Shown here: in pieces, positions 19,018 to 24,000 of the stretch
Layout: every line of letters starts with the position of its first letter
Position numbering within the stretch: position 1 is the first letter of the stretch
Assembly (NCBI GenBank): GCA_012513225.1
Contig: JAAZCQ010000037.1
Location: 190,699-214,698 of the forward strand
Direction: 5' to 3'
Source of the DNA: Erysipelotrichaceae bacterium
GTDB lineage: Bacteria; Bacillota_I; Bacilli_A; Erysipelotrichales; Erysipelotrichaceae
DNA: 24,000 nucleotides
Translations under genes and position numbers: made by a program
The notes under the pieces: generated by a model
What the model saw: the letters and a program-made list of their open reading frames with translations, nothing else
Database searches by the model: none
What the model was told of the DNA's origin: nothing

Positions 19018-19395
19018 TTAATTAGTAGCATCTTTCTCTTTTGCTTTACATTTTTCACAAACATAATCAATTGTAATATTATAAGATATTAATGAATCAA
19101 TTTCTTTTTTTAATATATTATCTATTTCACTTATATAGATATCATTTATACTTGAGCATCTTGAACAAATAATATGAGAATGTTTTGAAAGATTCCAATC
19201 AAATTTATCAGGAGAATTAGGTAATGATACTCTTTTTATTTGATTTTCTTCTACTAGTTTATTTAGATTACGATATACAGTTCCTAAAGCAATTGATGGA
19301 ATCTCTTGTTTTGCGTACATAAAAATTTCATCTGCAGTTAAATGCATTTTCTTGCTTTGTATAATCTTTAATATAACTTGTTTTTGTTTACTCAT
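19018..19395 (-). CDS. perR: Fur-family metalloregulator, PerR-like peroxide-stress repressor
   Basis: H18, D66, H72, H74, D85 and C77/C80 have exactly the spacing of B. subtilis PerR H37, D85, H91, H93, D104 and C96/C99 (constant offset of 19). A second CxxC (CEKC) follows. DNA-recognition helix ALGTVYRNL. Lies next to the catalase gene. Confidence 0.7.
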   Translation of the reverse strand: MSKQKQVILKIIQSKKMHLTADEIFMYAKQEIPSIALGTVYRNLNKLVEENQIKRVSLPNSPDKFDWNLSKHSHIICSRCSSINDIYISEIDNILKKEIDSLISYNITIDYVCEKCKAKEKDATN

Positions 19396-19519
19396 TATTA
19401 TTCTTCCTTAATAGGTTATCTAATTCTTAATTTAACCTATGAATATAAGTATGATTCTAGCAAATTTATATTTTATAACAAGTATAAAGCTTAATATTAT
19501 AAAGTATTATGATTTATAT

Positions 19520-21037
19520 TTAGCTTACGATATCTAGTGTTGCAGCTATTAAGCTTTTATGATCTCCAGCAGAAAGTTCAATAACTCTATTTAAATCTAA
19601 TCCTAAAGCTTTACACATTCTTTCTCCATAGTCTTTATCAGCCCAATAGCAATGTACTGAGTGTCTGTATTTAATATTATCATGTGCATCGCCCATATTA
19701 CGTACTGTATTTTCGATTAATAATTCTTTTTTATCTTCAGCCATAAGTCTGTATAAATCTCCACCAGCTCTAAAATTATCATCGGTAGGATCATCATTTG
19801 GATCAAATCTATACATTGCACCTTCTAAATCAAGTGGCGGTTCACTTACATCAGGCTGAGCTGCCCAATAACCATAGCTATTAGGTGTATATGCGCTAAT
19901 GCCACCAAAGTTTCCATCAACTCTCATTGCACCATCTCTATGATATTCATTAGCTTGAACTTTTGGTTTATTTACTGGGATATGGTTATGATTAACTCCT
20001 AAACGATATCTTTGAGCATCACCATAAGAGAATAATCTTCCTTGTAAGAATTTATCTGGAGAGAAACCTATTCCATTTACAACATGTGCAGGTGAGAATG
20101 CTGCTTGTTCAACCTCAGCATAGTAATTTTCTGGATTTCTATTTAATTCTAGTACACCTACTTCAATTAAAGGGAATTCTTTATGTCTCCAAATCTTAGT
20201 GATATCAAATGGATTTTCATAATGATTTTTTGCTTGTTCTTCACTCATTATTTGAACATACATAGTCCATTTTGGATAATCTTTTCTTTCTATTGCATCA
20301 TATAGGTCTTTACCGTGATATTCTCTATCCATTCCAGCAATTTTTTCAGCTTCTTCATCAGTTAAGTTTTTAATTCCTTGTTGAGTAAGCAAGTGAAATT
20401 TACACCAAACTCTTTCATTTTCTTCATTATAAAATGAGAATGTGTGTTCTCCATAAACATGCATATTTCTAAAAGATGCTGGTATTCCTCTATCACTCAT
20501 TGTGATTGTTCTTTGATGGAAAGTTTCAGGTAACAGTGTCCAATAATCCCAGTTGTTTTGTGCACTTCTTCTGCCTGTTCTAGGATCTCTTTTAACAGCT
20601 CTGTTTAAATCAGAGAAATTATGAACATCTCTAATAAAGAATGTTGGTGTATTATTTCCAACTAAATCCCAGTTTCCTTCTTCAGTATAAAACTTGCATG
20701 CAAATCCTCTAATATCTCGTTCAGTGTCTGCAGCTCCTCTTTCTCCAGCTACAGTTGAAAATCTTACAAAAGTATTTGTAACAGTGTTTGGTTGTAGGAC
20801 TTTAGCTCTAGTATATTTAGAAATATCGTTTGTAACAGTGAAAGTTCCATATGCACCCCAACCTTTTGCGTGCATTCTTCTTTCAGGGATAACTTCTCTG
20901 TTAAAGTGAGCCATTTTTTCCATTAGCCAAACATCTTGCATTACTACAGGTCCTCTAGGACCAGCTGTAATAGAGTTTTCGTTGTCAGGGACTTGTGCGC
21001 CGACTTCATTTGTTAATTTTTTATAATCTTCAGCCAT
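19520..21037 (-). CDS. katA: monofunctional haem catalase (small-subunit type)
   Basis: Distal His motif [28 protein letters not shown], and the proximal Tyr motif [16 protein letters not shown]. 505 aa. SD AGAGGA upstream. Confidence 0.93.
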   Translation of the reverse strand: MAEDYKKLTNEVGAQVPDNENSITAGPRGPVVMQDVWLMEKMAHFNREVIPERRMHAKGWGAYGTFTVTNDISKYTRAKVLQPNTVTNTFVRFSTVAGERGAADTERDIRGFACKFYTEEGNWDLVGNNTPTFFIRDVHNFSDLNRAVKRDPRTGRRSAQNNWDYWTLLPETFHQRTITMSDRGIPASFRNMHVYGEHTFSFYNEENERVWCKFHLLTQQGIKNLTDEEAEKIAGMDREYHGKDLYDAIERKDYPKWTMYVQIMSEEQAKNHYENPFDITKIWRHKEFPLIEVGVLELNRNPENYYAEVEQAAFSPAHVVNGIGFSPDKFLQGRLFSYGDAQRYRLGVNHNHIPVNKPKVQANEYHRDGAMRVDGNFGGISAYTPNSYGYWAAQPDVSEPPLDLEGAMYRFDPNDDPTDDNFRAGGDLYRLMAEDKKELLIENTVRNMGDAHDNIKYRHSVHCYWADKDYGERMCKALGLDLNRVIELSAGDHKSLIAATLDIVS

Positions 21038-21059
21038 ATTTTCCTCTTTCTATAAATGA

Positions 21060-21074
21060 GAATAGTTCCTATTC
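21060..21074. promoter_or_regulatory. candidate operator in the catalase leader (GAATAG-TTC-CTATTC)
   Basis: Perfect 6-3-6 palindrome 23-37 nt upstream of the katA ATG, immediately downstream of the predicted -10. A match this short is expected by chance several times in 24 kb, so support comes from position only. Confidence 0.3.
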
Positions 21075-21082
21075 CTAATTTA

Positions 21083-21111
21083 ATTAAAACATTTATTTAT
21101 AGTAAAGGCAA
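21083..21111 (-). promoter_or_regulatory. candidate sigma-A promoter of the catalase gene
   Basis: Minus strand: TTGCCT (21111-21106), 17-nt spacer, TTTAAT (21088-21083). Confidence 0.3.
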
Positions 21112-21116
21112 GACAT

Positions 21117-21758
21117 TTAAATATTAAATCCAATAATTATTATCCAAACATAAGCAAGTGTTTTTGGTAGCATTAAAGATCCAATAAATTTGTATTTATC
21201 CGCAAATAATACTACTGGCATGTAAAATAAAAAACTTAGAATTATTGCATATGGAATATTTTTAAATTTAGTATCCATAGGATATTTAAATTGTAGAAAA
21301 ACAATTATAATTGCCATTAAAACAAAAGGAATATTTCTATAAAGTCCCATTTTAGTGTTAGCTGTATTTTTTAGCCAATTATTTTGAGGTAATAAACAAA
21401 GTAATATTCTTATAATTGCTAAAGTGTAAATAATAATTTGATAATATGTAATTCCAGTATCTATTTTATATATTTCATAAAGTAAAAGATAAAAAATAGT
21501 CATTGAGATAGATGTTATAAATTTTCCAAATCCTAAAAATTTATTTAAATCTTTTTTTGTAATATAATTAAAAATTCTTGGTATTAAATGGAAAGAATCT
21601 CCTAATCCCAATATTAAGACCATAAGTCCATACAATTCTTTTATATTTGTCCCATTTGATGTTATAAGCATGTAGATTCCAGAGAATATTGCAAAAGTTA
21701 AATAAGTTATATCGAATATAATTTCTATTAATTCATGTTTTTTCATAGTTTCACCCAT
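21117..21758 (-). CDS. hypothetical integral membrane protein (~7 TM)
   Basis: 213-aa ORF with about seven hydrophobic segments and loop-like polar stretches (GDSFHLIPRIFNYITKKD, QNNWLKNTANTK). No family recognised. Alternative start at ATG 21746 (GGGTGA 4 nt upstream). Confidence 0.6.
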   Translation of the reverse strand: MGETMKKHELIEIIFDITYLTFAIFSGIYMLITSNGTNIKELYGLMVLILGLGDSFHLIPRIFNYITKKDLNKFLGFGKFITSISMTIFYLLLYEIYKIDTGITYYQIIIYTLAIIRILLCLLPQNNWLKNTANTKMGLYRNIPFVLMAIIIVFLQFKYPMDTKFKNIPYAIILSFLFYMPVVLFADKYKFIGSLMLPKTLAYVWIIIIGFNI

Positions 21759-21908
21759 TTTTATTTACCATCACACATTTATAGTTAATTAGTCAACTAT
21801 TATGATAGAATGTTTACTAAAACTTTTATTTTTATTAAAATATTTTACGGTAAAATCTTGAAAAAGTATTATAATTACTATGTAAATATATTAACAAATG
21901 GAGGAAAT

Positions 21909-23066
21909 ATGAGTAAAAGAATTATATTAAATGAAACAAGTTATCATGGTAAAGGTGCACTTGAAAATTTACCAAATGAAGTAATTAGTAGAGGATTTAA
22001 GAAAGGTTTTGTTGTAACTGATAAAGGATTAGTGGAGCATAAAATTATTGATAAAGTAACTGATTTATTAAAAGCTAATAACCTTGATTATGAGTTATTT
22101 TACGATATCGATCCAAATCCATCTATTGAAAATGTATTAAATGGATTAAAAGCTCTTAAAGAGTCTAATGCGGATTATATAGTTGCTGTTGGTGGAGGAT
22201 CTCCACAAGATGCAGCTAAAGCTATGGGTATTATTTATACAAATCCAGAATTTGAGGATGTAGTATCTCTAGAAGGTACTGCAGCTACAAAAAATCCTGC
22301 GTTACCTATTATTGCAGTAGCTACTACAGCAGGTACTGCTTCAGAAACAACTATTAATTATGTAATAACTGATTTAGAGAAGAAAAGAAAATTTGTTTGT
22401 GTAGACCCTCATAGTTTACCTGTAGTAGCAATTATTGATTCAGATATGATGTCAAGCTTGCCAAAGGGATTAATTGCTTCTACTGGAATGGATGCTTTAA
22501 CACATGCAATTGAAGGTTATATAACTTTAGGAGCTTGGGAGTTAACTGACACTTTCAATTTAAAATCTATTGAGATTATAGCTAGATCTTTAAGAGATTC
22601 ATATGCAGGTGATGAAAAAGGTAGAGAAGATATGGCTCTAGCTCAATATATGACAGGTATGGGATTTTCAAATGTTGGATTGGGTGTTGTTCATGGCATG
22701 GCACATCCACTTAGCTCATTTTATGGAATAGCTCATGGTGTTGCAAATGCTGTATTATTACCTTATGTAATGGAATTTAATGCAGATTATACTGGTGAAA
22801 AATATCGTGATATTGCAAAAGTTATGGGAGTTACTGAAACAGAGACAATGGAAATAGAAGAAGCAAGAAAGAGTGCTATAGATGCTGTTAAGAAGTTGTC
22901 TAAAGATGTAAACATTCCATTAACTTTAAAAGATATTGGTGTGAAAGAAGAAGATATTGAAGCTTTAGCTGACTTAGCTATGGCAGATGCATGTACACCA
23001 GGAAATCCAAGACCTTGTAGTAAAGCAGAAGTAATAGAAGTATTTAAAAAAGCTTACTTTGGATAA
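21909..23066 (+). CDS. fucO: iron-containing group III alcohol dehydrogenase, lactaldehyde reductase (1,2-propanediol oxidoreductase) type
   Basis: Collinear with E. coli FucO along the whole length (RIILNETSYHGKGA / RMILNETAWFGRGA; GGGSPQDAAKA; INYVITDLEKKRKFVCVDPH; THAIEGYIT; VHGMAHPL; GEKYRDIAKVMGV). True start is ATG 21909, 4 nt after GGAGGA. The upstream 33 codons of the listed ORF are AT-rich leader. Confidence 0.88.
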   Translation: MSKRIILNETSYHGKGALENLPNEVISRGFKKGFVVTDKGLVEHKIIDKVTDLLKANNLDYELFYDIDPNPSIENVLNGLKALKESNADYIVAVGGGSPQDAAKAMGIIYTNPEFEDVVSLEGTAATKNPALPIIAVATTAGTASETTINYVITDLEKKRKFVCVDPHSLPVVAIIDSDMMSSLPKGLIASTGMDALTHAIEGYITLGAWELTDTFNLKSIEIIARSLRDSYAGDEKGREDMALAQYMTGMGFSNVGLGVVHGMAHPLSSFYGIAHGVANAVLLPYVMEFNADYTGEKYRDIAKVMGVTETETMEIEEARKSAIDAVKKLSKDVNIPLTLKDIGVKEEDIEALADLAMADACTPGNPRPCSKAEVIEVFKKAYFG

Positions 23067-23070
23067 AAAT

Positions 23071-23117
23071 AAAACTTCCTATTAAATAGAAATACTATTT
23101 AAATAGGGAGTTTTTTT
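23071..23117 (+). terminator. rho-independent terminator after fucO
   Basis: Two-part stem: outer 23075-23081 / 23104-23110 (includes one G-U pair), inner TAAATAG (23083-23089) / CTATTTA (23095-23101). T7 run at 23111-23117. Confidence 0.75.
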
Positions 23118-24000
23118 AGTATATTTAGCTATAATATAAATGAAGGAGACCAACTATGATAAATCAAGAAGAAAATGAAAAATAAATAAACATTATTAAA
23201 CTCAATATGAAAAAACCTTAAAAAAGGCTTGTTTAAAAAAAATGTTAAAGAAAATAATTCTAAAGTAAATACTTTATTTGGATTGTTAAGAATAAAGAAA
23301 ATGTAATTCACAAGTTTAGTAGCACAATGACCAAGTGCATTATAGTGTGATTTACCTTGAGAACGCTTCTTGTTGTAGTACTCTTTCATAGTCTTGGAAT
23401 TTTTTCTAACATTGTTGGCAGACCAAATAAGAGAGTATCTAAGAAGTTTACTGCCACGCTTAGACATTCTATTTTAGAAGCAGTGAATTGACCAGACTGA
23501 CGAATCTTTGGGTCAATACCAGCGAAAGCAACCACTTTACAAGGACTATCAAATCGTTGTATATTTTGAATAATAGATAAGATGTATGCAGCTTGGATAT
23601 ACCCCATACCAGGGATTTGAATAATTGGTGTATCCAACAACTCCATATGTTTGACAATTAAGTGATTAGCATCATCTATCTGTGATTCAATAAGTTCGAT
23701 TTGATTAATGAAATTCTTAATTCGTTTAGATAAGCTGTCGGAGTGGAAACCAAAGCTTGATTGAGCGAGTTTCTTGAGACTTTCAGCTCTAGCTTTAGAG
23801 AATTGTCTAGTGTTATGCGAGATGACATTATACAATTTATCAACTCGAACTTTTTCAATTTCTGAAGCAGTAGAATAATTCTTAAGAAGATTATGAGCTA
23901 TATTAGTTTTAAGATTTTTCTTAAGAAAAGGCTTTAATTCAGGGAATACACGATCTAAAGCAGCTGTTAGTTGAATGTAAAGCTTAGTTTTACTCTTCAT
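23118..24000 (-). mobile_element. IS110-family insertion sequence, right (3') portion; element continues beyond the window
   Basis: Transposase homology as above. The boundary is not defined (this family lacks classical inverted repeats). It must lie between the fucO terminator (ends 23117) and the end of transposase homology (~23290). Confidence 0.6.
23129..24000 (-). pseudogene. IS110-family transposase, C-terminal part, interrupted by a 1-nt frameshift (N-terminal DEDD domain lies outside the window)
   Basis: ORF 24000-23386 carries the Transposase_20/HhH-type core (IPGMGYIQAAYILSIIQNIQRFDSPCKVVAFAGIDPKIRQSGQF). The conserved continuation MSKRGSKLLRYSLIWSANNV...YYNKKRSQGKSHYNALGHCATKL is in the -1 frame (ORF 23467-23129). 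The frames meet at 23467-23475. Confidence 0.8.

Noticed and set aside
20694-20909. 71-aa plus-strand ORF inside the catalase gene
   Set aside because: Antisense to one of the best-supported genes in the window.
21810-21908. 33-codon N-terminal extension of the fucO ORF (MFTKTFIFIKIFYGKILKKYYNYYVNILTNGGN)
   Set aside because: AT-rich and non-homologous to FucO. The internal ATG at 21909 has a GGAGGA SD and aligns with the E. coli FucO N-terminus.
23156-23185. 9-codon plus-strand mini-ORF (MINQEENEK) with AAGGAG SD and an upstream TATAAT, inside the IS end
   Set aside because: Too short to support as a gene. The signals could be chance in AT-rich DNA or part of IS-end promoter architecture.
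23467-23475. Programmed -1 ribosomal frameshift in the IS110 transposase
   Set aside because: There is no X-XXY-YYZ slippery heptamer in the zero frame (UCU AAA AUA GAA). The IS110 family is not known to use frameshifting. A single-base deletion in GAAATG explains the frames.
23469-23858. 62-aa and 60-aa minus-strand ORFs in other frames of the IS110 transposase region
   Set aside because: They overlap the frame that carries the transposase homology, and neither continues that homology.

Overview
AT-rich, Firmicutes-like chromosomal window with strong AGGAGG-type Shine-Dalgarno sites, TGnTATAAT extended -10 promoters and clean rho-independent terminators. I saw no rRNA, tRNA or CRISPR. Left to right: the 3' part of an ABC permease; an RpiR-regulated beta-glucoside module (orphan Lac/Cel-family PTS EIIC plus GH1 6-phospho-beta-glucosidase); a translationally coupled HAD phosphatase/YhcH-family pair; and a minus-strand alpha/beta-hydrolase. 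The centrepiece is a PRD/EIIA-domain regulator followed by a 10-gene, ~7.5 kb operon (9084-16580). It encodes a DTE/DPE-like ketose 3-epimerase, a class II ketose-bisphosphate aldolase, fructose-family PTS EIIA/EIIB/EIIC, a bicupin of unknown function, a divergent LacB/RpiB-like isomerase, split dihydroxyacetone-kinase subunits DhaK/DhaL (no DhaM, no PfkB kinase) and a Cof-type phosphatase. This operon is my best candidate for an undescribed system, namely a rare-sugar catabolic route. The right part holds cutC, an ArsB/NhaD-type permease, a PerR-like Fur-family repressor, a haem catalase with a candidate palindromic operator, an unknown 7-TM protein, a fucO-like lactaldehyde reductase, and the frameshifted 3' portion of an IS110-family transposase running off the window. 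All functional calls rest on motif and family recognition from the translated ORFs and on hand-checked base pairing. No database search or computation was possible.
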